Notes: generated by a model not told the origin, from the sequence alone. Positions 25,760-39,092 are shown, counted from the whole stretch's first letter. The stretch: 46,401 bases of DNA, filler included, from Jimgerdemannia flammicorona (GCA_003990765.1; 2 parts of 2 records of this genome joined end to end with filler, not necessarily neighbours in it), one strand, 5' to 3'. Translations and numbers: made by a program.

Positions 25760-26005
25760 TTGAAATTGAGAGACCAGGTGGGCCCTAAATCGAGATATTG
25801 GGTGGCTTTAAGTCAAGAGCAGGTGGCCTTAATTACGAGGCTGACAGGCAATCTTAAATCGAAATGCCAAGTGGCCTTAAGTCAAGAGTAGGTGACCTTA
25901 AATTGAGAGACTGGGCAGCCATAAAATCTAGAGGCCAAATGGCTGGCCTCTCAAATTAAGGCTGCCTGGTCTCTTATAGGTAGGTGGTCTTAAGAGACCT
26001 TTAAT
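25760..26005. repeat. Array of ~23-24-bp units (consensus ~CAGGTGGCCTTAAATCGAGAG), forward copies then inverted copies
   Basis: About 7 forward units at 25760-25935, then reverse-complement units (CTCTCAAATTAAGGCTGCCTGG) near 25945-25975. Confidence 0.75.
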
Positions 26006-26153
26006 CAATCTGGAGAGGCTAAAATTTATAAATAATAATAATAATATTTCTCTATTTAATTGGATTCAATAAGATTTACGATTATATTATATAGTACTAT
26101 ATTATATATATTAAATTTTATAAATAGTAACAAATGAATATATATAAATTAGA

Positions 26154-26237
26154 TTATGTTTAGGGTTAGGAATTAGGGTTAGGGTTAGGGTTAGGGTAGC
26201 TTTAGGTAGGGTTAGGTTAAGTTATGTTTAGGTTAGA
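26154..26237 (+). repeat. Interstitial telomere-like (TTAGGG)n tract
   Basis: Four perfect tandem TTAGGG at ~26173-26196 with degenerate TTAGG/TTAGGG copies on both sides. Confidence 0.85.
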
Positions 26238-27554
26238 TTGGAAAAAATTCAAATAAAATGATTTATATTATATATATATATTATTTATATAATATATTTA
26301 TTATAATAAGTAAAATAATATATAATTAAGTTATAATAGTTAAAGTAGTTATTGAGATAATTGGTCTCTAAACTGCTTTTATCATTATAGCTTACTGAGA
26401 TTTTCATTTATATATATATAAATATATACTTAAAGATATTTATAATAATTAAAATCTATTAAAACAGTCCAATTACTAAATATATAACTGATTAATATAA
26501 AAGACAATAAGAAAACAAAATGAAGTATACAAATAAATTTGAAAAAGTAGAAAGCAAAGAATATAAAAAGATAATACATATTCTAGATTAGAATTATATA
26601 TTTTATTTGCAAAAGTTTTAAAAAGAAGAGTAAAGAGAAAAGAGGCTATTAGAAAAGATCCACAAGATATGCTTAAGTACAGAAGTATAGCTACAAATAT
26701 AGCCTTAGTATCAATTCTTTATATTAATTATATCTTTTATATTGGTCCTATCTCTCACACTAATATATATATATATATATATATATTATTATCAATAATC
26801 CTATATGTTTGCCCATACTATCTAATATATTTATTTCTGTTATCTAATATATTTGTCCTGCTCTTTGTGATATCAGTCATTACTAATATTATATAATTTT
26901 CAGTTCAAGTTTTATACTATTAAATGTTATTCTATATAATTATATTATCAGAAAGCCTTTAATCAGTATACTTATTTTGGTTGAATTTGGATGAATATTC
27001 ATATAGAAATTGAGATTTTTGTCACAGATCTATATTTATTCATCTCTATCATTTGCCATCCACCACTTACTACTATTGCTCACCACTGCTCACTATTTCT
27101 GTAGACCATTTCCATTAATATATCCTAGCAAAATAATGTTCACTTTTGATATAATACTATAGGCATAAATGTCCAACATGTCAAATCAGACTTTTGCTCA
27201 TCTATTTTATTAAGAATGACATAGTCCCACAATCTAGAAGATAGGCAGTAAACCATTTAAGTTGGTGTTCAAGATTCAGATAATGGTTTTGTTTTGGAAT
27301 ATAAGGTAGAAGGGGGTATTCTTCTACATACTGCACTATTACATTAATAGTTACAATTGTGGATGTAAATATTCTTCTGCACTAGTCACTGAATTGCTAA
27401 AGCTGCTAATTTAAAGATCTGGTATCCAAGGCTACAATTTAGTAACTAATATAGTTATGGATATTATGATGACAATTTCAGCCTTAAATCTATGTCTAAT
27501 TGAGGCCATTAGATGGTCAATCTGAAATTTGGTGTTTGATATGACAGGTAGTCT

Positions 27555-27705
27555 TGAGTTGTGAGAGCAGGTGGCCTTAAATTGACAGCCTTAAATCGAG
27601 AGGCCACCTGGTCTCTTGATTTAAGGCTACTCTCAATTTAAGGCCATCTGCTCTCGACTTAATGTCTCAATTTAAGCCCTTTAAAGTTGCCTGGCATCTT
27701 GATTA
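27555..27705. repeat. Second array of the same ~23-bp unit, forward then inverted
   Basis: CAGGTGGCCTTAAATTGA and CCTTAAATCGAGAGGCC followed by CTCTTGATTTAAGGC, CTCTCAATTTAAGGCC and CTCGACTTAA. Confidence 0.75.
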
Positions 27706-27824
27706 TTTTATTTTTATTTTATTTTATTAAGTGTATCAAAATAGTTACAATGATGATCCCAAAGTTTCAATTGTGCAATATTCCTCTTTTATGAATAGCA
27801 AACCACACCATAAATTTCTCTTCT

Positions 27825-28375
27825 ACAGTTTTGACCTCTGCCCAGTGAGTGGCATTTTATTTCGGAGATTTTGGAACACCATCCTCTTTAATTCCAAGTA
27901 TGTGGGAGATTTCAGTATGAAAAAGCACTTCGAACTCTTATTTTGGTTTCAGATTAACAGAAAGTACGCAGCTTCGACCTCTGCTTCTTGATTGGCCTCA
28001 GATTGACAGAAATTCTGTGCATTTTCCTACCTTGCAGTTTCGACCTCTGCCCAGTGAGTGGCCCTTTATTTCAAAGATTTTGGAACCCTCTCTAATTCTA
28101 AGTATGTGAGAGATTTCAGCATGACAAAGCACCCCAAACTTTTATTTTGGTTTCAGATTAATGGAAAGTAGTCACAGCTTCAACCTCTATCTGAGCATCC
28201 TCCTAACTTACAGTTTTGACCTCTGCCCTTAATTCCAAAGTATGTGTCAGTAAGTGGGAGATTTTGATATACCCCTCTTGATGTGCGGCCACATCCTGCC
28301 ACATATATGGGCAGGTCCATCATTGATCTAGGCAATAATCCCAAATACCCTCCCTCATAGCTTCGACCTCTGCCC
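27825..28375. repeat. ~210-bp tandem duplication plus recurring GACCTCTGC motif upstream of the pogo transposase (possible subterminal repeats)
   Basis: 27828-27985 is similar to 28037-28190; GACCTCTGC occurs five times. Confidence 0.7.
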
Positions 28376-31210
28376 TATTACTAGCCATCAAATCGAAATA
28401 GAGCTCAATTGAATCGATTGGATCGTTCGGATTGTTTGGAGGCTGTCAAAAATGCAGTGCAATATTTTCAGAAATTTCCAGAGTCAACATCTCATAGTAT
28501 TTGTGGTGTTACTGGACAATTTGGAATTGATGAAAAAGTTTTACGTCAAGCTCTGAAAACCGGATTACCTGGTCTAGGTCCTAAAACTATTCTGACTACT
28601 GAGAAGAAGAAGAAGTTATTGGATATTGTCTTAATATGCAACAACTTGGATTTGGCTTGACAAAATCTTCAATCAATTATTCAGTCTTGCAGATATTTAA
28701 AACCAGACAACATTCGTTTTCTACAACAAAAGGTCCAGGTTGAGATTGGTGGAATAGATTTTTAGCTGATCATTCAACTATATATTTCAGAAAACCTCAA
28801 CCACTGACATAAGTAAGAGCTAAAAAAGGCAGATATCATGGATTCTGGTGAGGAGTGGTGGATGGCACTCATAGGATTGGTCTGTGTTGGGAAGGGAATG
28901 TAGCAGAGGAACAGTGAGGGCCGGGAATGTGCAGTGGCATAAGCTACTGCTGGGAGAATCACTAGTGATTGACTTTGAGTTGGGGGCAGGAGCAGAGAGT
29001 CAGTATGGTGTGGATCAGAACATATAGTCAAAAGGCTGGCAACATGTTGGGATTGGAGAGGAATGGGATTGGGCAGGGCTGTGGACTTGGGAGGTAGAGG
29101 TAAAGTAGATTCCTCCCAAATTCTAGATTGTCTAGTAGAGGGTGATGCAGAGGAATGTCATGCTGAACTTTAGGTCTGGACATTTGGTGGCAGGGGGCAC
29201 TTTTGAGTGTGAGGAGTTTCTTGGAGTTGAACAGGTGAGGAAAGTGATACAGATCCCGGAATATTGGTTGGGGGAGTGTGATGTTCTACATAGTTTCTAG
29301 GAGGTGGTGGCATAGCATCTGGAGGGGGGGGGGCTCTAGGGGATCATGGGGATGGCCAATGGGATGCTTTGAAGTGGTGGATGTTAGGGAGGATTGGTAA
29401 TGAGTAGCTTACCTTAGGGTGGGTTCTTGCTATATGGGTTGGTCTAGCAAATCATTGGCAGGCAGTTTTTGAGGATAGCAAGTTGATGACAAAGGGAGAG
29501 AGATGGCATGATGGAAATGGTTACTGGTGGATATTATGTCTGGATGGCAGAGGGGGTGGGGGAGTAGGGGAGGCTGTTGGCAGAATTTGGTGAGATGATT
29601 TATGACAAGAGTGGGGAGAGGATTGTAGTTTCAGGATCAGAGATAGTGTTTGATAGGGAAGGGGTGGGAAGGAGGGTGAGTGTGGAGATATGGTAGGGCA
29701 GAAAGTGGGGTGGAGGCTGCTGGTGTGGTATGAGGACTCAATGCATATATATATTGTGAATAAATAAGGACCATAGCCTATAGAAAAAAGAAAAAAAAAA
29801 AAAAGAGGTCAAAAAGACAATCCTTTTATTATTAATAATCATTTTGATGAACTTCAAAAAATTGTCAATGAACATTCTCTTACTGCTGAGCAGATATAAA
29901 ATATGAATTAAACTGCTTTTAGTCTTTCTGGAAGACTTCAACATGTCTTAGCTCTAAAAAGTGCTTAATAGATATCTAAAGTATCAGTAGCAAATACAAC
30001 AGACCATATATCTCTTTGTATGAAAATTTCTACTGCTGTACCACCATTGATAATCTATAAAGGAAAAAGAGCTATTGGGAATCTATTAGATGGAGCACCA
30101 CCTGGTATAGTTATGGGATTTACTGAAAAAGGATATATCAAAGAAGATCTCTTTAATCAGTATATTCAACATTTTATTAACTCAATTTCATCAACAAGAT
30201 CTACACCAACAAGATCTGTTCTACTTATGCTTGATGGACATAAAAGTCATATCAATCTTTCAAGTATTAAAGCTTGCAGGGCTAATAATATTTTGTTATT
30301 AGCATTATCTTCAAATACAACATATATATTACAACCCTGTGAGCTTTCTTTCAAGACTTAAAAACTGGATATGATCATGCTTGTGATCAATATCATAATA
30401 CAAACAATGGAGCTATAGTTACAAAATATACATTTGCAAGACTATTTGATGAAGCTTATCTGAAGACTTATACAGCTGGAAGAATTATCAATGCATTCAT
30501 ATATACTGGTGCTTGGCCAGTAGATTGTAAGCTATTTCTGCTGATAGATTAGTACCATCTTTACAAACTCAGTATTTTATACCTTCTCAACCTCTATCTC
30601 AACCTGAATTTCAATCTGAACCTCATGTTGAAACTCAATCTCAACCTCTTCAACTTCAATCTCTATCTAAATTACAACCTCAGCTTCAATCTTTTCAACT
30701 TCAACCATTACACTTCCAATTTTTAACACCAGAAGAGGAGATAAAAATATTGAAGCAGAAAGTAAACTCTCTGGAAAATGAATTGATATTGCTTAGAGAA
30801 GAAAATCGGCAGAAAGTAAACTCTCTGGAGAATGAATTGATATTGCTAAGAGAAGAAAATAAAAAATTAAAACATCCTGGAACAACATCATTGGCAACTA
30901 TATTCAAATATCTTATACAACCACCTAAACTGCCTCAATTAAATAAAGAAGAATCAATAAGAAGAAAACAATTTCCATGTCTCAATTATCAATAGCTGAA
31001 GAAATATATCAAATTTTCAAGCATCAAGAAGATGATGAAAAGAAAAAAAAATGAAGAAAAAGAAAGAAAGAAAAATGAGAGAGAAAAGAAATGTGAAGAA
31101 ATAAAGAAAAAGAAAGAAGACATAAAAAGAAGGAAAGAATAAAGAAAGAAATAGCAAGAAGAAGAGAAGAAAAAGTAAGAAAAGAAGAAAACACAAGGAA
31201 AGAAAAAAAG
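28370..31210 (+). pseudogene. pogo/Fot1-type (Tc1-mariner superfamily) transposase, interrupted by a LINE fragment
   Basis: HTH/CENP-B-like N-terminus (GPKTILT.., GPG*DWWNRFL); NMN*TAF (cf. NMDETGF); PPLIIYKGK; LLMLDGHKSH; LSSNTTYILQPCE (cf. LPPHTSH.LQPLD); K/E-rich tail. 54-bp tandem duplication at 30755-30860. TIRs not identified. Confidence 0.88.
28832..29802 (+). mobile_element. 5'-truncated LINE (related subfamily) inserted in the pogo transposase
   Basis: G-rich; QIPEYWLGECDV matches copy A QMPEHWVGECEV; AATAAA plus poly(A) to ~29804; diverged 17-bp TSD AAGAGCTAAAAAAGGCA (28815-28831) / AAGAGGTCAAAAAGACA (29803-29819), 14/17 identical. Confidence 0.85.
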
Positions 31211-31814
31211 AAATTAAATATTACAGGTCAATGGAGGCAATGGGTGGCCACTTGCAGTCATCTTATACATTAGCTTTAGACATTGGTGCCAAGTTATGCA
31301 CATTATAATGACACTGGTTCTAGACATCGGCACCAAGATGTATCTTCTATAGATAGCCTCTTTTAGTATTGTTATAGCCTTTCAAGCCTCGAATGCTTGT
31401 ACATTCACCTTCACTTTACTTTTCATTCTACATCTACACCTGTTCTGTTTTGTTCTTTCTTTCATGATTTTCTTTGTACTGTCCTTTGTTGGGGCCAGAC
31501 TTTATAGCCTTTTCCTTTTCAGACATCCCAAATAAGATACATTTGTATAAATATTATATTCACATATAATTTTATAATTATCTTGCTCAGGTAGGTCAGT
31601 TGCATAGAGACATTGAATAATTTTAAAGATGAGCTATGCTTGATTGGGTGAGGTTGATGGGTTTGGTGAATATGGAAGCAGGCATAAAGTGAAGGGGCAA
31701 TACCAGGGCCTAGGGGTGGTCAGGCTCCTAACTCGCCACCCACTACCACCACCGATGTGGTATATAACCTGCCGATTTCCAGCAGCCTGCCAATTGAATT
31801 GTGAAACGAGCCAT

Positions 31815-32060
31815 TCTGTGACTAGGGTGCGCTTTTCTTCAGGGAGACTGATCATCATTGAAGGGGCGTCGAGATGGAAACCCACGTATTCAATCAATGG
31901 ATGTCCTTAAAGGACTTGAGTGGGAGTGAAATCGTGTGTACAAGGAGAGCACGCTGGCTGGCAGTGCAATATAGATGAAGTCATCGACGAAGTGATCCAA
32001 GAGGTGGGTACAGATCCATGTAAAGAGGTCCATGAGGGAGTGAATATGAATGGGGTGAAT
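31815..32060 (-). pseudogene. Reverse transcriptase fragment, DIRS/Ngaro (tyrosine-recombinase retroelement)-like
   Basis: HLLDHFVDDFI followed, after a frameshift, by IEYVGFHLDAPSMMISLPEEKR, the LG..D...M.I.LP..K pattern of DIRS-type RTs. Confidence 0.65.
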
Positions 32061-32899
32061 CATGTCACAACTACTCTCAGTATGCATACTATTATATATT
32101 AAGTTATACTGAAATCTATAATTCAAATATCTTTTTTTTTTTTTATAAAAAATCTGACTAGAATTTATAAATATATATGTCCATTGGCATCATGTATATA
32201 GATGACAAAGAGCCTTTTGTTTGGAAGAGATGTAATTTTACAGGCAAATATGCAGGAAGAAGTATATAAGGAGTACTATCAATATAAGCTGCATCAATCA
32301 GCATAGTGTAGAGTCACTATGGCAAGCAAAACAATGTCCAAAGCATGCTATATAGATGTAAGTTTTGACAAAGATGTATAAGCATAGTTTTTGCAGGCAT
32401 ATAATTATTTCCCGTCGACCAGAACCACGATCCTATGGACATTTTGTCGATTTTCTCCGCGAATAATCATCCAAATTCAACGAAATGTATATTTCCAGAA
32501 AGCCCTTAATCAGGCGAATCCAGCACACTTAATTAAGTTGCGTTTGGATAAATATTCATGGAGAAAATCGATAAACCGTCCACAGGTCGTAGTTTCCATT
32601 GACCAGTACCCACATATGATAAAATCAGATAAAATCAAGATTTGCGAGTGTTTACCCACATGCGGCAGAATACCCCCTTCTACATCATGTTACAGAAATC
32701 AGGAACTGGAATAACAGAGCAGATGAGCAGATGAGCAGATGAGCCATTTTGTATATGTTATAGGATTCAGAGACCAGGATAATAGAGCAAATGAGCAGTT
32801 TTACAGCTACAGACAATATATCTAAAAATTGAATTTTATATCAGAAATTGTAGAATAAAATCATATATAAAATAGTGTTAAAATAGATATATAATACTA

Positions 32900-35800
32900 A
32901 CCAATTAATTATATCCATCCTTGCATTTTAGCCTTTTTTCCATATGTATTGTACAAAATTTTCCTAATATCTTTGCCTCTTTTATCCAATCTTTTACTTT
33001 AGAACTTTTAGACTCTTTACTTGTAATTCTAATATGACACTTTTGATTATTATTTTTTACTATAAAAAAAGTACATTATTCATCTTCAGATATATCTGTT
33101 CTTTTTCTTTTTTCTTTTGTATACTATCTCCTTATCTATTATCTATATAAGCATTGTCTTGTACTTATTTAGTTAATGTATGATTTCTAATAAACTCTTT
33201 GTGAGATTTAAGATATTTTTTTCTTTTTTCTGTCAAATTCATTATTTGATATTGTTCTTCTTCTTTTGCAAGATGTGAGAAGAATTGTGCTCCTTTAGAA
33301 AAGAGTATAATATTTTGACATTGAAATACCTTAATTATATACTCTAGTCCTTCATTCTAAGCTAAGTCAGCTTCATGAATTCTATTGAAATATTCTTGAA
33401 AATTTTTATACTTATATCCAATATAAGGAAGTCACTTATGATGTAGACTTTCATTTTGATTTGTTCCTCCACCATCTGCATAGAAAGCATAGTCTTTGAG
33501 CATAGCTTATATAATTTTCTTTTTCCGAATCTCAGCATCCTGATAGATAGAAATTGTTCTTTCATCAGCTCCAGGCTCTGGCCTATATAATTTATCTTAT
33601 GTCAGTGGTGGTATACAGATTTGTTATTGATTGAAGAATATGATGATATATAGAATCAGCAGTGAACTGAAGTTGTCCTGATAGTAATTCTATATTGTTC
33701 ATTGTTGATACTTCTTCTCCAAGCTGTTTATATGGAAGCTGGATATAATATGCTTCATTACCATCCTCATCCTCATCCTTATCCTCACTGTCATCACTAG
33801 ACTGATTGTCAGAATAATTGTCAGGCTGTTCTATCAAACCTTGTTACTCTATGGATAGGCTATCAGGCTGCTCCAGAAAATCGAGCCCAAGGGATGGGTC
33901 ATCAGAATGACCACTGTGTTTCAGTAAATTGCATCCATCAGAATAATTGCCAGACTGCTCCACTAAACTGAGTTGCTCTTTAGAGCTGAAATCATCTTGT
34001 AGCTCTATGGATGGGCCATCAGAATCATGGGCCTGCTCTAAATCATCAAACTGCTCCAAATCAAGTTGCTTATCTTGTCACTATATGGATGAGCCATCAG
34101 GATGACCATTATGTTTCAGTAAATCATGTCCATCAGAACTGTTGGGCTGCTCTAAACCAAATTGTTCTTTGGAGCCGAAATCATCTTGTTGCTTTATAGA
34201 TAGGCCATCAGGATCATCGAGCTACTTTAAATCGTCGAGCTGCTCCAAACCAAATTACTCATCTCATTGCTCTATAGATGGGTCATTAGGATGACCATCA
34301 CGTTTCAGTAAATTGTGTCCATCAGAATAACTATCAGGCTGCTCCACTAAACCAAGTCACTCTTTGGAACCAAAATCATCTTGTTGCTCTATGGATGGAT
34401 CATCAGAATTGTCAGGTTGGTCCAAATCGCCAAGCTGCTCCAAATCATCAAGCTGCTCCAAATCATCAAGCTGCTCCAAATCATTGAGCTGCTCCATTAA
34501 ACCGAGTTTCTCATCTCGTCGCTCTACAGATAGGCTATCAGGACAATCATTGTATTCCAGTAAATTGCATCTATCAGAATAATTGTTGGGCTGCTCTAGC
34601 AAATTGAGTCTATCCAGCTCTGGCAAATCTAGTCCAGGTCCTGGAGATACATTGAGAATGTTTGGGACACTTTTGTAAATATTAAAAATTCTGTAAAGGA
34701 ATATTATCATTATCATCTGTATAATGAGAGAGAATAATATATGAATATGTTCCAATATCAAAGTGATTATACTCTGATATATTAAAAGGAATAGATGATA
34801 AGTCAATTGTCTCTGATCTCAATTGTATAATGTCTCCTTTATATATATTCTTAATATTAGCAGTTGCTTGAAATAGTAATGATGTACTATTTAAAATAAT
34901 ATCATGAAATCGATGAGGACATCCATCTGAACAGTTATTATGATTATCAATATTCCAGATTTTTTAAAAGCTTGAGTAGATTGTCTTTACCACCTTTGCT
35001 CTGAAGATTAATCTTAATATACTGACTATAACTTTTAAGTATAGATGCTGCAAATCTTTCTTAAGTTCTTCTTTTTATGAGCAAAGTCATATGTGCTAAT
35101 CATCCCAGTATTATCAGGAAGATTGCCTTGAATCTGCTTTACTTTAGTAAAAGCTTTAGAATCTGTATCTGTATATAGAGATTTAATCCAAATATTTCTA
35201 TCTTTTAGCTGCTTCATAATATTATTTAATACTTCTCCTGCCATTGCATTACTAGATCTATAGAAATTCTGATCTCCACTAGATTTCATAATTCATTTTC
35301 TATTAGCATCTTGTTGAGATATATCAATATTATTTCTAGATACAATACTTGTTACAATAATTTTAGCTTTTGAGTTCTGCTTCTGTTCTTGTATTATAAG
35401 TGTTCCTGAATAATTTTGTATATTTCTTTTATGTGTCCATGGTTTATCTCATATTACTTGCAAAATAATTCCATTTTTATCTGCAAGATTAATAGCATGT
35501 TTTCTCTACTTTTTTGTGCCAATAGTTTACAAATATTCCCATGATGTTGATGTTATTGATGAAAGGTTTTTTTGCTAATAAGAGAAAGATCTATTGCTGC
35601 AAAGAATTCACTATATTCTTTATAATCTATAGTAGCAATAGCAGAAATAGCAGCAACTCTAACTTGAGCAAGAGATTGTTTTTTCTTTCTAGCTTCAGTA
35701 GGTTGTATCTTTAGTCCTCCATTAAAGATATTTAGTTTTTTGCAATTTATATAGATAAATGTTAATGCTATTGATAGTGCATATTTTTGCTCATTACAAT

Positions 35801-36378
35801 CAATACAAATAATTGAATTTATTGCTAGACATTTGTTGTTTCCATAGCTAAAAGTTTTTGTAATAAAGTCAATTAAAGTTTGTTGACTAATAATTGCCAT
35901 TCTAGATTCATCAATAGTATCAATAGATTGATATTGCTGATATTGATTATGTCCTGAGAAAATATACTGATTACTGTTATCAGTAAGTTGTTGAAAGTTG
36001 TCACACAGCTGTTTTGGTAATATAGGTTAACTTTGACAAAGATAGTATTCAATAAATGTACATATTATAGAAATCTGTATCAAGTCCAAAAAGTTTTAGT
36101 CTACTAACCTTTTCATCTAAAGCAAGATTCCATGCCTCTATTAGTGTCTTTTTGATAAATATTTGATATGTTGTCTGATCTTGTACACTGAAAACTGATT
36201 CTTTATTAGTTATAGAGATGTTAAATTGAAATGTTTTTTGATCAGTTGACTAAGTATAGAAGCCAGCCCAGCCTTCTCGAATTGGATATCCTTTATATGT
36301 TAGCTCTTCTATCTTCTTGCCAAAATATGAAATCTTTATAGGTTGTCTGATTGATGTATTCAATATATATACATTCAT
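32900..36378 (-). pseudogene. Mutator-like DDE transposase with internal acidic repeat expansion; boundaries approximate
   Basis: ISKKTFH; KPWTHKRN; NFYRSSNAM (cf. NF.GSS.AME); TDTDSKAF (cf. DGDS); DFAHKKKNLRK. Coding-like sequence resumes at 33362..33565 after the repeats. Confidence 0.7.
33780..34620 (-). repeat. Hierarchical coding tandem repeats (18-bp LEQLDD units within ~190-bp units)
   Basis: (GCTGCTCCAAATCATCAA)n at 34415-34495; CAGTAAAT..CATCAGAA-like blocks recur at ~33925, ~34120, ~34310 and ~34560. Confidence 0.85.
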
Positions 36379-36394
36379 TTTTAAGTTGGTAAGA

Positions 36395-37170
36395 GGATTC
36401 AGCAAATTCTAATAATAGAGGGTGATTCAGAAATCCAGTAATAAAGAGCAATCCAGGAAATCTAGCAGTCTAGCAATAGAAGGCAATCTGCACTAGAGAG
36501 TAATCCAATGATCCAGCAATCCAGCAATAGAGATCAATCTAGCAATTTAGCAATAGAGGTTGATCCAGAAATCCAGCAATAGAGGCCAATCCAGCAATTC
36601 AGCAATAAAAATTGATCCAGCAATAGAGGTTGATTCAGCAATCCAGCAATAGAGGTCATCAATCCAGCAATTCAGCAATAAAAGATAGTCTTGGTTACCT
36701 GATTTGGAAGACAGAGCAGTTTCCTTATCTCAAGTTTGGTAGGACTTCAAGTTGGAAGATCTTGGTAACCAGGTATTAATTGTTCTAGTAATCATACTAT
36801 TATTCAGATGATTTCCTAATTCCTGGGTACATTCAGATGATTTCCTAATTTCTAATTCCTGGGTATGTTCAAATTCATTCAGAGGGTGTTCTCTGATTTT
36901 AATTTCTAGAGTGGTGAATAAGAGATGACAACTGATGAGTTTGGCAATAGAGGGCAAGCTGACAATCTGGCAACAAAGGGTGGTTTAGCAAGAATAGAGG
37001 GCAAACTGACAATTTACCAATAAAGAGTAATCTGGTAAAATCAGAACAAAGTGAATTGGCAAACAAGAATAGAGGGCGAACTGGCAATTCAGCAAAATAG
37101 AGTGATTTAGAAAGAGAGGGTGATTTAATAGAGAGTGGTTTGGTGATTTCAGTTTGGTAATAGAGAAAGA
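36395..37170. repeat. Degenerate minisatellite arrays (ATCCAGCAATAGAG(G) and related units) upstream of the Mutator-like gene
   Basis: Many CCAGCAAT/AATAGAG copies at 36400-36685 and related GGCAA..AGAGGG units at 36940-37170. Confidence 0.7.
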
Positions 37171-39092
37171 TGTTGGATATATTGAGGTTGGATGTTGACA
37201 GTTGTCAAGTGACATTTAGAAGGTGTAATTATTGACCGGATTGTGATATGAATGATCAGACAGAAAAAGCAGTCTTCACTCAGATTTCACTCAGATTTCA
37301 ATAAAGTGTGCTCACAAAAAAGGTTTTTATGATAGAGGGTAATTATATATAATATAAATTATCATTATGCTCAATGAAAGAGATATTAGTAAACCTAAAA
37401 ATAATTTTCAGAGATTTTTCAGACTAGCTGTATAGTGAGCTATCAGGTTGGTAGGCAATTTCCGAGGCCATTTATCGGGCCTCTAAAAAAAATTTTGACG
37501 GAACTTCCCCTGTATCCTTAAGCTGACCGAGCCACCTGAAAAGCAGCCTAAGCCTATCTGGAGCGGTTAAGTTACCTGAAACCACCAGCCAAGCTACGTC
37601 AAATTATAGTAACACGGATATAGGAAACTGCCAGCAGAGTCTTTTCCTACTGTCAAACTAAATTTTCAGTCTGATAGCCCATTGGGCCAGCCCGGGCCAG
37701 CCAGGCTCAGCCCGGCCTGCTAATATACCTAGTTGGATTGCTTGTTTTGGAGGCTGTGATATTCCACCAAAAATTAGGTACTGCATGAACTCTAAGTCTT
37801 GAAATCTGCCAGTCTGCCTTTATTATCTTTGACAAATATCCCTATTTATATAGCTTTATTTGATGAATACTATAAACTATATTAGTTCTCATCATTTTCC
37901 CTTTTACTGAATTCTCTGAACTCCAGATTGAGGAGATCTCCATCCTCTTGGCTGTCATCAAAATCTTCCTCTGAGACTGCATATACAGTTATCTAACCAT
38001 CAATCAGATTGGTAGGTGTGTTTGTAGGTATGTTGGTGAATGGGTTGATGAATGAGTTGGTGGGTGGGTCAGTAGCTTTCAAAAGACACCCTCTAGGAAA
38101 ATGTCAATTGAACTCTGTTAGCTATTCAATTGCCTCTTTTAACTACTGCTTGTAGACAGAAAGCTGTCCATGAATCAAATCTTCCTCTGTATCAAGATGC
38201 ACTGCTGCATCAGAATGCACTGCAGTAAGTTTCTTCTCTTTACATTGTACACACATTTGGAGTATATCTACTTGAGCCTGTACCCACTTTCTCATCCAAT
38301 AAATCTTAGCCTACAGAATCTCAAGCTCTTCCTTAGTACATTTAAGAAGAAGAAGGTGTCAGACCATGATTACTTCATGAGGAAGAAGAAGATGCCCTTG
38401 TCCAGCCAGCTATAAAGTATACTGAGTTCAGAAGACTCTATTCAGTTTTGCAACTGTAACTAGATTAGTGTTTCTGAACTAAGCTAACTCAGGATAGCTC
38501 TTTGTCATTTTATTTAATCTTGCAAGTTGGGTTTTAATATTTTTGTTTTTACACTATAGATCTTCTGCAATCTTCTGTACTTATTTAGTATCAATATGTT
38601 GTCCCTGACTTAGTGTAAGAGGGTTGCTTTTTAAGGACCTGTTATATAGTTCTGGAAGGGTTTTTCTGGAAGTTCTGGATATTCTGGAAGACCATTTTCT
38701 TATGGTCAAGATCAATTTTGTATGGAGTATGTCCTCTATACTTATTGATTTCAAGATCAGGTTGATGTCTCAACCAAAGTCCTTTTTTGGACTAGTTCTG
38801 GATGTCAGGATTTTCCATATTTCAGGAAGTTCAAGAAACTAAGACCAGCTTAGTTGAATCGGTGTATTGCTGCTGACAATACCCAATTAGGAAATTTCGT
38901 GACAGGGTTAGGAGTGGGACCTAACAGGGAATGGCTTTACTTAGGAGTGATTTGTAGGTTATTTAAATAGATTTATTTGCTATTCATGATATTGCTATAC
39001 TAGAAGTAGTTGTGTGAAGGGATATTGTGGGGAAGTGTTCAGGAATGTTCTTATATATTCTAGTCTGAGATTCTGAGGTCTGGGGAAGGGAG

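Noticed and set aside
25760..26005. Regularly spaced ~23-bp repeats as a CRISPR array
   Set aside because: Units are degenerate and abut without unique spacers, no cas genes are present, and the context is eukaryotic with spliceosomal introns.
26154..26237. True telomere
   Set aside because: Only four perfect units, degenerate edges, and ~20 kb of sequence continues beyond it.
26669..26896. Hydrophobic 75-aa ORF as a membrane protein
   Set aside because: Product of AT-rich low-complexity DNA with a (TA)n run.
28270..31300. Terminal inverted repeats for the pogo element
   Set aside because: No convincing TA-flanked inverted pair could be identified by eye.
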